DNA of 64,000 bases, taken from positions 186,001 to 250,000 of the forward strand of contig RHPI01001037.1 in assembly GCA_009103225.1 (NCBI GenBank). The letters are read 5' to 3'. The translations under genes were made by a program, and so were the position numbers. Under the pieces are notes generated by a model that saw nothing but the letters and a program-made list of their open reading frames with translations, made no database searches and was not told where the DNA came from. The stretch's first letter is position 1, and every line of letters starts with the position of its first letter. Of the stretch, positions 48,611 to 64,000 are shown in pieces. Source of the stretch: Chlorokybus atmophyticus (taxonomy: Eukaryota; Plantae; Mesostigma and Chlorokybus algae).

Positions 48611-51235
48611 TTACATCCACTGCCGTTGCTGCACCTGCAGCGTCACAACACAGGTCTCATGTCAGACTCTGGAGTGGTTGCAGTTGCGGAAATAGAGCTA
48701 CAGGCACGCTGCTACCCACCTTATTAGACTGCATTTGATAAAACCTCAGCTCCGAGCCGGCTAGCCTGACTGCCCCAAGCATTTCCTGAAGCGTTTGCGC
48801 CACAGCCGGGGATGGCATCAGAATAGGAGCGGCGATCTGATGCCATTTGTCGAGCACATGCAGTGCAGCACCTATGTGTGGACGAATGTTGTTCCATTCT
48901 GAGATACAATATGAGCTGTTTGTGCCAACGGGGCAATGCGTGTGCGTGTTACCTGACTTGCGCAGCGCTTGATGGGTTTCACAAGCAACGCTCACGCCTT
49001 CTGCATGCGCCATCAGCTGCTTCACTAGTGCGTCATGCCAACGCTCAACGGCCTCCAGGTGCTCACTGCCAGGGCATGCATCTGGCGGCGTCGACGCCAC
49101 AGGTGCACTCCCGCAATCTGCATCCAAGAAAATACCAGGTTGTTGCTCTCATTGCATGTCACAATGCGTGTTGAAGACCATACTCACCATGAGCTCGCGA
49201 TATCAACCCGGCGAGTTTCTCTTCCATTTGCTGCAACACGTCTTGCTCGGAACACAACAGCTCAGCCGTTGTGTCCGTCGCTGCATCCAGGGTGACCGCT
49301 GGATAACACTGCGTGGCCGCCTCTGCCCAGCATGCGCGTGCCGCAGCTTCCTCAGTCTGCATGCACGCCTCAACAGTGCTTGGACAACATTGCACAATGG
49401 ATTCTGTCGTGGGCTGAGGTCTGTTAGTCTCTTCCTCTTCATCAAGTGGTCGCACTTTGGTGCAACGCAAACAGCTGTTGTTTGGGGAAGCCACATCCGT
49501 GACACCCTCGCTGATGATGTACACGTCTCCCCCACTAGAAGCCGTGCTGGCAGCATCGCAACCCATCACAGTGTTGTGGAGACACTCATTCGATATGCAA
49601 GACTCGTCTTCATCCGTGTCTTCTGACCTGCTTTTATCTACGCTAATGCTGGCTCTCTTGTACGATGCAGCTTCCAGCTCTTGTATTCTCAACTGCAGAC
49701 ACTGTTGTTGCTGCCATTCCGCCTGTAAGTGCTGCTGAAGGTCCGCGCACTCAGCCTCGTAGTCACGGAGGCTTTTGTACAACAATTGCACGCACTCTTC
49801 GACGTCCTGGAGAATGAGGGAAGCACCATCGTGCATTACAAGTCTGGCAAGCATGCTCATGTGTGTGCGTGTGCGCGTGCACATGTTTGTGCGCGTTTGT
49901 GTGGGCGTGTGTGCGTGCGTACGTGTGTGTGTGTGTGTGCATACCTGCAGTTTTAGCCCAATCTGCTGCGTCAGCCCTGACTGCTCCTCACGCGCGAAGA
50001 GTTCGGACTCAAGCTGCTTTGTGCACGAGGCGAGAGTGCGGCTGAGGTGAGCGCGCTCGCTGGACAGCCGCATACGCTGGTCGCGCTCAGACCAAAGCTC
50101 CTTCACTACCTGCGCAGGAATGCAAAAGGGGGTGCGGTCACATTGATTTGTTTTCGCGGGCAGCTGCTACTTCTGCGCAACACGCACCAATGTTTCTCAC
50201 CTGCTGCATGTGCTTGCGCATGTCTGCGGCGTCTTCTTCGCCATCAGCACGGCGCAGCTGCTCAGCTTTGAGCTGCTGCTGGAGCGAATGGCACTGCTGC
50301 TGCAAACACCACACTTGGCGGTTCAGACCCTCCATAACAACGCCCTCATCCTGCTTTGCTGAAGCTGGTGCGTCCCTGATAAGCTGCCGGCCTGCCTCCC
50401 GCAACCAGGCCGTGGCAAGTTTTATCTCCTCCGCGGCGGCGGCCTGCTCCGCCTGCAGACGCTCGGCGTCTGCGGCTAGGGTGCGGGTACGCTCCATGGC
50501 GTGACAGAGTTGGGCGGTGAGGTCTGCGTTCTTCGCGCGCTCGGATGCCAGCTCCGAGGCCAGCGCCAAAGCGTGCGCGGTCGCGATGCGGAGGCCCTCC
50601 TGCAGCTCGCACAGGCAGACGGCGATGCTCGACCTCCGCTTCTTCTTTGGCTGCTTCCTCCTTGTAGTTGTCTTGTTCTTGCCTGAAATGCCAAGTACAC
50701 AAGCAGCATGATATTGGTCTGCAGGCTTTGTGGGCTTTATGAGCATGTGCATTACTGCTGAAACAGAAGCAGCAGCAGATGCCAACTGACTGTTTTATGC
50801 AAACCGACGAGAGCGCGAATGTCACGAGAACATGCGGCAACCTTGCAGCGTGCATCAAAGCCATGTGGTTGCGTATCGATCGCCCCAACAACCCTGCCAC
50901 AGCCAAGGCGACCCACAGGAGAGCTCAAACTGTTCTGCGCTTCACCGCTTGTGTGCAACAGCATGCGCCATGCTATAACACGATTCTTTCCGTTCGGGGC
51001 GGGACTCGCATGTGCAGCTTGAGCGTGAGAAGTTACATAAACCAGCTGTGTCTCTCCGTCACAATGCGCTTTTCTTGTACCGATGAGGGGTGTGAAGGAC
51101 CAGACAAAATCAACAAATCATATGTTGCAATTGCTTGTACCAAGGCTTCAGGCCACTTGCATGCTATAGCGCACCTTGCTGCTTTGTGTGAGTGAACTCG
51201 GTGTCCAATGCGTCGGCGGCTGTGTCCGCCACCAT
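48611..51235 (-). CDS. Uncharacterised coiled-coil protein
   Basis: Chain of GT-AG bounded open exons with heptad-like E/Q/L/A-rich text (ELASERAKNADLTAQL; LQQQLKAEQLRR; QLRIQELEAA). Last exon VQQRQWM then TAA at 48611-48613. The 5' exons are tentative. Confidence 0.6.
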
Positions 51236-52056
51236 GGCCCACGCCAACCAGGCCCGCCACCCAAGACCACCAGACCAGCGCCGCCTATCTGCGTGACCTT
51301 ACGTCATGGACAAAACGTTTCCCTGACGGTTCTCTAGATAGACAATGGCTCTGCCACCTGCATTGTGCCTGATTGTTCGCCTCTGCGCCGCCCCTTGCCG
51401 CCGCCGCCGTGGGCAGCACCACGTGGCGGCAAACCGAGGGAAAAGGGCGCACGACAAACACGGTTGCACACTTCACGCGTTAACGGCAACGGCAATGCCG
51501 AGAACAGCTAAGACGCCGTCCGTCAGCCGTTCTGTCGTTTGTTAGCGTGTTGCACAGCGTCACGACATCCTGGGCGGACAACCACTGCGTTTGCCTTCAA
51601 CTGTGTAATACATTTGTTGATGAACTCGTAACGTGCGTCACGTACGTGGTTATCTTGAATGTGACTGCACAGCTGCTGTACACAATGGCTGCACACTTAG
51701 CCAAGCTGGACCCCTTGTGTTCTGTTATACTTCAGGACACCCGTGTAGTGCGAATTCTCATCTCTAATGCCTGCACGTAAACGTAGCAATTATTTGTCTG
51801 CTTTACGCCCGGGCGTTTACCCAGTGTAAAGTTTGGCCTTGCTATCATGACAGAGTTTCTGCGCAGGTCAGCTGCTGCTTGTCTAGGTGCGTAAAGGCTA
51901 TGGCTGCATGCACAGAGAAACAGCTAACCTTGGGGTCAAAGTACTACCAAACATCATACTCAACAAGCACTACAAGCCTGCTTTGCAGGACACGATAACA
52001 ACTTTTAAGGGTGCAGCTGTTGTGTGCCTTCACAACGTGTGTATGTAACCTGTTGT

Positions 52057-54936
<2,880 letters not shown>

Positions 54937-55771
54937 GCTGGAAGCAAGCAGCAACTGTCACTGCTGAGCTGCACCGACACTCCCACCGACACTACTCCAC
55001 CCTCCTAGCAGCGCCAGCGACGGCGCATACCCGTCAAAATGCCAGTGAACACCATCTCGACGGCAACCGCCGACAATTGCAGCTGTTGTGGCGATTGAGG
55101 CGAATGGTCGGTAGAACGCAAGAGTCGACGCCTCCACGTCAGCGTAAGCGGTGAGATCCATAGCTCGACGTACCAGGTGGCAAGTCTAGCTGGCAGCGCT
55201 GCTTCGGTGCTGGCGGCGGCGGCGGCGGTGCTGGTCGTCCTGGTGCTGGTGGCTATGGTTACCGTCGTGGAGCACCAGGCCATGTTTGGACTTCAGCTAT
55301 CAGCTGCAGGAGCAGCAGGAGCAGGACGGGGCGGCTTTGCATGTGCGTGCGGCATTGCAGGCTGTAAATTACGTGCGCTAAGATAAGCAGTAGTGGTAGT
55401 CTAGACTTAGCAGCGGTCTTAGCACAGCAGCAGTAACGTTGCTTTCAACTATCAGGCGTTTAGAGTACCAATGTAGCCTGCCGTAAGAGTAGTATCTGTG
55501 TAAGCCGTGATAACTATCTCCCGTGCATGCGTGCATGCGCTCTCCGGCGCAGGCAGTGTGCAATTGGGTTGGCTGCGTTTGGCTTGCTTATTCCTATGCA
55601 GTTTTGCAGCTTGTGCTTGGGACTTCAGATATTGCGCATGCAGATTGAGACGTGATGAGACACATGCAGTCTTGCCCAGTGTGTTACTACTATGTTAGCT
55701 TGTGCAGCTGATTGCGCATTGCTGCAGCTGGCAACGAAAGCTCCATTGTGCCAACATGGCAGCAGAATGCC

Positions 55772-57627
55772 ATGCCTGCGCTCCTCTATCGTTCCACGAG
55801 CTTTCACTCGCCTGCGGCGGCTGCCATACTGGCGTCAAGCGCTCAGGTGCATGGCAGATGGCCTGGTCATGCATGGCCTGGTTGGTTGGTGCAGGATGAG
55901 CCACGACTTCTTCATGCACAAACCAGTGAGCCAGACAAGCTGTTGCTGCAGACAGTGGAGAAGATGAGTGTCATGCTGCCTGCTACGGCCGAGGGAGGGG
56001 GCAAGCCCAAGCAGAAGGGGGGCGAGTCGTTCGTCAAGGATTTGCTGGCGGGAGGCATATCTGCCGCCATCTCCAAGACTGCGGTAGCACCCATTGAGCG
56101 CGTCAAGCTGCTTCTGCAGACACAAGACTCCAATCCACAGGTCCGTGCGTACGGCTGCAACAGCTCACCCCTCATGAGTGCCTCGAGGTGCTGTGCAAAA
56201 CGTTAACTGTGTGACAAACCGTGAGGTATAAACAAACTAGATTCACCTGTGCGGAAGTGGTAATGGCTGTCCATGAGAACGTGGTATAAGCATGGTAGCT
56301 GACTGAGCGCATGCATGCAAGTCACCTTGTAGGGCAGGCGTACTGCATGCAAATGCCAAACACTGACTGTGACAATCAGTTTGGCCGTGCTGCACGTCTT
56401 CAATAACTGCCACACAGCTGTAGTGCTGCACTGTACTCGATGGTGCTTGCATGACTGGTCGCTTGTTGGCACAATACGCAGATTACCCCCGAGAAGCGGT
56501 ACAAGGGCATCATCGACTGCTTTCGGCGAGTGGTTCAAGAGCAAGGCGTCCTGTCACTATGGCGAGGAAACATGGCGAATGTCATCCGGTACTTCCCGAC
56601 TCAGGCAAGCTGCTTGGCTCCCTTGCTACTGTCACGTGTGCTTGTCACTCTGCTCAACATCATGGACCAGGCATCTAGCAAAGCTGATACCAGTTGTTGC
56701 ACAGGCACTCAACTTTGCCTTTAAGGACAAGTACCGTCAACTCTTCAACCCATATGACAAGAACAAAGAGTTTTGGAAATTCTTTGCAGGCAAGTTGTAC
56801 TACATACCTATCGCTGTACTTCACACCCTGCACAGCTTCATCGGCGACATCATACTCGTGCAGGCAATTTGGCTGCTGGTGGAGCGGCTGGCGCGACCAG
56901 CTTGGTCAGTGGAGCAGGTTTTAGCCCTTTCTTGAGATGATGCCAGAATGCTTACATGTGAATGACTTTGTTTGGTTGTTGCGCAGCTCTTCGTCTACCC
57001 CCTGGACTTTGCTCGGACGCGTTTAGCAGCTGACGTAGGCAAAGCGGGGATGGACCGCCAGTTCAATGGTACTTGGGACGTGCTTACGAAGATCTATCGG
57101 TCGGACGGACTGAGAGGCCTTTACAGAGGGTTCTGGCCATCGGTTCAGGCAAGGCTGTGTGCAAACCTTTCATGGTGTCAATCTGTGCAGTCGATTGACG
57201 CTCTGCTTACATGATGTCATCCAGGCGACTATGCACAGCATTCCCTTTGCGCTGTCATATGACCTTGTATGTGCAGGGCATCATTGTGTACCGTGCGGCA
57301 TTCTTTGGTGGCTATGACACGGCCAAGGCGGTAGTGTTCAAGGACCCGGACCATGCGAACCTGTTTGCCAAGTGGGCTGTGGCCCAAAGTGTCACCGCCA
57401 TTGCAGGCTTGATGTCGCATCCCTTCGACACCATTCGGCGTCGCATGATGATGCAAAGTGGTGCAAAACAAGTGAAGTACAAGAGCACGGCAGAAGCATG
57501 GACGCGGACCATCACCGAAGAAGGCCTGCGCGGCTTATACAAGGGTGGCGGCAGTAACATCTTGCGAGGGCTGGGTGGTGCGCTTGTCCTGACCTTCTAT
57601 GACGAAGTTAAGAAGCTCCTGTACTGA
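55772..57627 (+). CDS. ADP/ATP carrier (mitochondrial carrier family), animal-ANT/PM-ANT1-like type
   Basis: [15 protein letters not shown]; [15 protein letters not shown]|ALNFAFKD; [16 protein letters not shown]; RRRMMM signature; [14 protein letters not shown]; TGA at 57625-57627. The start could alternatively be at 55964. Confidence 0.95.
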
Positions 57628-57944
57628 ACATAGCCGCCTGCAACGTTGCATAGTCAGGGTTACGTCAACTTTGTAGATCGTGTATGTATTTGTACAGTTG
57701 TTAGGTAATTTAGAGTGTACAGTATGTCATGTTTGGTAAATAGTAGCGCGCCTGTGAATACCTGCATCGAAGTGAACTGGCAGCAGGGCACGCTTCAACT
57801 GAGCATATGCCAACCGTTATTGATGTTACCGATGTCTTGGCATTGCATGTAAGTGTTGCAGTGCTCAGGTTGTAATTTGCAAACGTAGGTCGCTGCATTG
57901 TGGACTGGCGCAAGGACGGGAGATCGCAGTGCAGATATTGTACA

Positions 57945-57952
<8 letters not shown>

Positions 57953-57975
<23 letters not shown>
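57953..57975. repeat. (TA)n microsatellite
   Basis: About 11 TA units. Confidence 0.9.
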
Positions 57976-60809
57976 GATAAATGCCATGATGAGAATGCGA
58001 CTCACAAAACAAGCATGATGCATGCATGCACAAGCAAGCCACCCCATGCAAGCAACTTGTTTAATAACCATCGGGCTACATATACAAGATAGGGAGCTAC
58101 CTTCACTATTGTGTATACATAAGTGGTTTGCTTCCGTGGCATTGCACCTGTAGGTATGCAGAATAACTTTCGGTCATTAAGCAATCTAGTCTCTATAATT
58201 TATATAAGATAGCAGAGCTCTTGCAAAGCACAGCATGCTGCACGCAGTGGTGTGTTACATGACAAATGTACACAGATGCCGAAGGGGATGCGCAAATGCA
58301 TCAACTACATGGTATGCACCACACGAAGTATACAACATCATATGCACTCACCAAAGTAACCATTGGGGTGCTTCACAATTGGATGTAACTTATTACTCAA
58401 CAGATCAATTAGTAAACATCCATCCCCATCAGCCATGCATGCATGCAAACATAGTAGTAATCAATGCATATTGCACTACAGCAAGTGCGGGTGCGATTAG
58501 AACACATGATGTTGCCTACAAGGCCGCAAACATCAAGGGAGGGCATGACGTGCATGGGAATGCACGTGCATGTGGTACGGTAGCTACAAAAACCCTACGA
58601 GCGCATGCGTTGTTTGAGCAAGTGATGTTGCTCAAGCAAAAGGCCACGGCTATTGGAGGAGCATATGACATGATAGGGATTGCGCGTGCTTGTGGTACGG
58701 TAGCTAATTTAAACCCTCAAAGCACAAACCCATTCACGTTAAAGGCAATGAGCGGCGACGGCGATCGTGGGTGGGACAGCGACGGCTGATCGAGTCAGTT
58801 GGTTGTCTTAACAAGCAGTGGCGTCAGCACTGACACAAAGCCGAGTGTGTGGCATCATCTGTGATCCATACGTTAATTGATCACATGCATAATCAACTTG
58901 GTTCGGCTGGCTGCAGTGGTACTGTTATAACATTATACTTAAGGTTGAAGCGGTGCAGTAGGTAGCTTGAGAGCACGTGCTTAGCCCGTCATAATTGAGA
59001 TGAATGCGAGCGGTAGTAAGCCGTTGGTGACAGCAAATGTTCATATGGACACGTGTAGCCATGAGAGTGTATATACACTCTCAGGGCCATGTTTGATGTT
59101 CCCAAAGTATGACTGATATAACATATGATACTCATGAGGTGAGATGATGTTTTTAAGGTAGGGAATATGTTTGCATATGCTGACATGTCAGCGCACACTG
59201 CTAAGGCTCGTGTGAGCTATTGATTGATGTATATGTTAGGTCGGAGAGCAACAAGGGTATAAGTAGGCAAGTTGCAGCTACTAGTGGGCATTATGTGAGC
59301 ACTGCTTGTTTACCACTTGTGTGTGGGGTGCCTGACTAGTAGCGGTCGAAGGGGTTGTCCCTACCATCATACGTCGGAGGTAGTGTGTATGTGTGTGTGC
59401 ACCGCTTAGGGTGAGTGTGTGCTGCATGCGCGTGCACATGTGTGTCACTTAATGTCTGTGTGTGTATCGATAATGCGAGAAGGGTATGCCCGTTTAGTGC
59501 GTGTGCGTGGCGCAGGAGGTGAGCTTGCGTGGTCATCTTGGGCTCCTTACTTGGTGTCTTGGGCTGCTTGACCTTCCATCCACTGTGTGCTGTAAGTCTT
59601 AGTGCTTGTGCATGAATATGCCGTTCATGCAGTAAGTAAGTGTGGAAACATCACAAGTGCGTGCCGATTGCTTCCATGTTTTTATCACTGCATTGCAATC
59701 GTTGCATACGATATCATAGCCTACAAGGCGTTTGCCATTAGCATGCAATTGCCGTGATATTGGATAGAAGGCGCATGGGCAATGCGTCAACAGCCTCGAG
59801 GAACGAAGAACGAGGAACGAGGAACGAGGAAACAAATTACGGCAAAGTAGCAACATTATTGATTGTTCGATACAGCCACATGATTGGCAAGCTTGTGTTA
59901 CAGCCTGTGGGCTAGAGAGCCTGGTGCTGGTGGTGAGGCGTTAGCTGTGCTGGCTGGTTTGTGAGGGAGCTGGGCTAGAGAGCATATTGATGGTGGGGGC
60001 ACGGGCTGTGGTTGTGTCAGTGTTGGTTGGAGTGTGCTGTTGTGGTTGTGGGTGAGATGGGGTGGAGGGGGCCGCGCAAGCGCAAGCCCCCGCTGGCACA
60101 AATTTTGCTGTACAGACACCCCGTAGGGTGTTGTTGGGCGTTGCAGCAACCGAAGTGCAATGGAAGCCACGCAGCCCAGGCCATCCGTCTTCGTGATCAC
60201 GGATAGACCCCAGCCAGGTAAGTGCCCACGACCGATACATGAGCGCATTATGTACCCCGACACTCCGGACACTCGGAACTCGCACACCGTCAGACTGCTG
60301 GGCGCTCGATCGACAGGCTAGCCGTCGGATGAGTAGCAGATCCACGACCAGAGCGCGGTTTTCGTCGTCTCCTGACACCATGGCGGTGGCCTTGGCGGTG
60401 GCGGGCATGGCAGCCGTGGCACACGGCTTCTTCCAGACATGGCAGGCGTCTCAGTGAGGACGGCGCATGTCAGCACAAGCGCAACCCGCTGCTGCCACAC
60501 GCATCACTTGGTCGCCTGGTCGTAACACCTGCTACTGCAAGTAGTTAGTCAGGTGGTGCCGTCGCTGTCAGCGAGTAGCAAGATCTGCACACAGCGTAGT
60601 ATACACCCAACTCAGCTTTGAATGGACTATATTATGCACGTCACGCATAGCAATGTATACCAGTGTCAGCCCCCCTTCTCGTGTCAGCACGTTCAAGCAA
60701 TTAGCCAGCTCATCCACGAGGAGCATGGCCCATGCACACCAGCAGACATGCTTTGCGTCATGCACGATCTGAGAGCGAAGAGAGGGACAGGCCGAAGGTG
60801 ATGATCGTC

Positions 60810-62261
60810 TTAATGATACGCACGCCATCTGAATGCCTCGACCAGCTCAGCTTCGGTCAGCTGCCGGGATTCTCCCGGTGCGAGTCCTTGCAGCGTCCAA
60901 GGACCCACAGCATAGCGCACGAGGCGCAGAGTGGGGAACCCCACAGCCGCAGTCATCCGGCGCACCTGTGTGCGCAAGAGACAGATTGATGGCGCATGTT
61001 GCTCGTGGTTGTTGATCACGACACGCACCCACGCTCGCTTGCAGAAAGCTACCTGGCGGTTGCGGCCCTCTCGCAAGGTGACGCTGAGCCATGTGGTCGG
61101 GATGGATGCACGGTGACGGATGGGTGGATCGCGCGGCCATAGTTTCATGGGTTCTGGGATGATAGAGGCTTCCGCGGGGGCAGTGAGCCCATCCTTGAGG
61201 TTGACACCAGCCCTCAGCTGGCGCTGAGCCTCATCCGTGACATCCCCCTCAACCTACGTTGATGCTTGATGATCAACCGCTTGTTTTGCGTCCTACACTT
61301 CAACACACGCACATGGGTGCTCTCCCATTCCTTACGCACTGTGTACTTGATAGTGCATACGTGCGCGCACACGCGTGTGTTTGTATGTGTGTGCGCGTGC
61401 ACAACGTACCTGAACCCAGTATGTCTTAGGCCACTTTGTTTGCGGTGAGCTGATTCGTGCTTGCAAGGGTCCTGAGTTGGTGAGTACGATAAGGCCCTCG
61501 CTGTCGCGGTCGAGGCGGCCGGCGGGGTAGACGTCGCGTGTACTCACGTACGAGGCCAGCGTCGCACGGGGGGTACCGCCTCCCGACCTATTTGTGTCCG
61601 TGAACTGGCACAGCACGTCATACGGCTTGTTCAACAGAACCACCACCGCTTTCGCAGTGGCAGCTCGGGTGCCACCTGCACCACCTGCACAACGCATTGT
61701 CGTTTGCCATGCTGGTTTTGTGTGGACACATTTGCTTGTGTGCGAATGCCCTCGACATTGTTTAACATCCAGGGGGATGGCCACTCGTCAAAGGACAGCA
61801 GTTGATGTGAATCAATTCTGATCGTGCATGCATGCGTGTTATGAAATTAACTTTGACTGACAAGCAACGGCATGGAGTGTGGCTACAGTATACTCTGCGT
61901 TCCCAATGCTGCTACAGGCGGGTTTGTAGTGCAGACGTGATGCTCCACAGTGTTTACTCGCTCAGCATGCATGTGTGACACAGCGCAATACAGCGTCGCT
62001 TCAGCGTTTTCTGCCTGCGGAAGCAGAGCGGTAGGCCGCCTTACTGCTGCTGGCATCCCCAGACGAACACCTTCCTCCCCGAGCAGCTACTTCTTGCTTG
62101 TCCTGGCGCCTGTCGCCACCAGCAGCAGCACGCCGCTCCCTTGCCCTTCCTGCTGCCGCTGCGCAGGTGACCACGTTGCTTTGGCGCCTGCTGAGCGCGG
62201 CGAGCAGGACGGCGCTGCGGCTGCGGCAGTGTGGGAACAGGTCCACCACGCCCACCAGCAT
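60810..62261 (-). CDS. rluE: RsuA-family pseudouridine synthase, RluE-like, with organellar transit peptide
   Basis: [14 protein letters not shown]; [14 protein letters not shown] (catalytic Asp motif); KTYWVQ|VEG; [25 protein letters not shown]|[17 protein letters not shown]. Upstream exon from ATG 62261 is transit-peptide-like and joins in phase 1. Confidence 0.92.
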
Positions 62262-62526
62262 GCTGCTGCTCACCACCTCTCCACACCCTCGTCCTCGTCC
62301 ACGTCCACCTCCTCAACCAACTCCACCCCAGCAGCGTTTTAGGGTTTGAACGGCTTGTTTGCTTGAAAATTCAAATCGTCCTCGCAGTCTTGTCCACTTC
62401 ATCCCCGAGGCGGCGGCGGCGGCCGGAGAGACAGAGGCCCTGCAGCATCACCTGTGCGGGATGGTGTCTTCGAGCCTGTGTGAGTTCATCAGCTACCTCT
62501 GAGCGTCTTGGGGCTTTGCTGCCGCT

Positions 62527-64000
62527 ATGCAGGACGGAGAGGAGGAGGGCGTCACACGCGCCTCGTCTCGCAGCCACCAGCTCTCGCGCGGGCGGGACGA
62601 GGCGCACGGCCACAGGTGGGGTGGTTGCGAAGCCGAGCGCAGCAACCGCACGAAGGCTCTACTGGAAAACATCGCACTCAAGCGCAGCCAGGCGGCAGCA
62701 GCCACAGGTAGGCCTGCAATGCGCAGTCGTTAGCACCAGATAACGCACTTAACGCAGCTTTATTGACGACAAACGTACTTGTGGACAAACGTCAAGAAAG
62801 CGTTTTTCTGATGATCCCTGTGCCCCTCTCAGGCAAGGAGAACATGCACTATGCGTCCCGCTCTGGCTCAAACCAGCCGTCGTACGCGGAGCTTGAAGAC
62901 TTTGACGACAACGAGGCTGACGACGTCACAGTTGCACCAGTGAAGGTCGATTGCTTGAAAGTTGCGTTGAGTTTTCAGTTATTACGAAAACATTCTTGCT
63001 TCAAGCTATGCATGTTCGGGCGCGTGCATGCTTGCCTACTTGAGCTGAGTGTGCATTGTGCATGTGAACAACACTCACTCTTGACACTTGCATAGGAACA
63101 CATACGAGTAGTACCGCGCATCCATGAGCATAAACATGACACAGTCCTTAGCATCATCATTTTGACACATGACCTTGTGTGCAACAGCCCAGCGCACAGC
63201 AACCGGCACCTATACCAAAGCGAAGACTGAAAAAGCTCAACAGCAATGCGCCGCTCGTCAAACCATCTGCTCGGGCGATCATTGAGTTAGCCGACTCCGA
63301 TGACGGGACTGAAGAAACTGCAGCACGCACGCCGTCGGCTAATAGCAATGAAGCGGATGCGCTGCTGGACTCGCTGCAGTCGCTCACCATCGCGCGTCAC
63401 GAGCGTGCATCGCACTCTGCCAAGCAGGAAGACACACATTCCTCCAGCAGGCCAGAACACTCAGCGCTGAGTCAAGATCGGCACGACACAAGCGTTGACA
63501 CCACAATTAACCTGACAGAAGACAGTCCCACCGGAGCAACAGCTTCAGTCTCGAGCGAAGGTGTTGACTTAGAGCTGCCCAATCCTCGTGGAGGGCCCGC
63601 TTTCGTTGTTCCGAAGGACGTCGCCAGCGGTCTATTTGCTCATCAGCGCGAGGGCCTGAGGTGGCTGTGGGACCTTCACTTGCGGGCTCCTGGAGGGATT
63701 TTGGGCGATGATATGGGCTTGGGTAAGACGAGACAGGTGAGAAAGGTTGCTCAGTGCATAGTTGTTATTGAAAACCGACGTACAACATGTGGCAATTTCT
63801 GATGCTCTGCTGCAGATTGCAGCCTTTCTGCGCGGCCTCATGCACGGCAAACACGCCAAGCGAGCCCTGCTTGTGGCGCCGACAACCCTCCTCGCGCATT
63901 GGGAGAAAGAGCTTGAGACCTGCGGCCTCGGGCGAAGTACCTATCAGTGCGTGTCATGCACTTCATCAAACCCTCATCGCACCTTGCGTTGTCTAACCCA
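62527..64000 (+). CDS. SNF2-family ATPase (CHR24/ERCC6L-like), 5' part; truncated by the window end
   Basis: LFAHQREGLRWLWDLH..GGILGDDMGLGKTRQ|IAAFLRGL..KRALLVAPTTLLAHWEKEL (helicase motifs I and Ia). Confidence 0.9.

Noticed and set aside
59941-60408. 155-aa ORF (MPATAKATAM...)
   Set aside because: No recognisable domain, low-complexity tail and no clear splice pattern. It may be UTR or neighbouring sequence of the RluE gene.

Overview
Eukaryotic nuclear DNA: compact, intron-rich genes (mostly about 70-150 nt GT-AG introns, some GC-AG), standard genetic code (TAA, TAG and TGA all used as stops). Gene content (plant-type NOSIP/CSU1, CDC26, CHR24-like SNF2, a bilin reductase, plastid-type transit peptides, plus the flagellar dynein assembly factor DNAAF2/PF13) points to a flagellated green-lineage alga, possibly an early-diverging streptophyte (inference). 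About 17 protein-coding loci are recognisable by motif: RBM5/SUA, a secreted Cys-rich/SP5 protein, a decayed PNGase A, NOSIP, FDBR, DNAAF2, a Kir-like channel, a GT23 fucosyltransferase, MUTYH, CDC26, a GST-N/thioredoxin protein, SEH1, a GH3 glycosidase, a coiled-coil protein, ADH3/GSNOR, an ADP/ATP carrier, RluE and a partial SNF2. Repeat-rich intervals lie at about 7.2-10.9 kb, 43.6-48.3 kb and 57.9-59.9 kb. The strongest leads are a possible bicistronic CDC26-MUTYH transcript, a complete 506-bp TRIM whose 5' LTR/PBS junction forms a tRNA-type Pol III promoter, and a Kir-like channel with TSFGG in place of TxGYG. CDS coordinates are gene spans including introns, spliced by eye; no database search was run.
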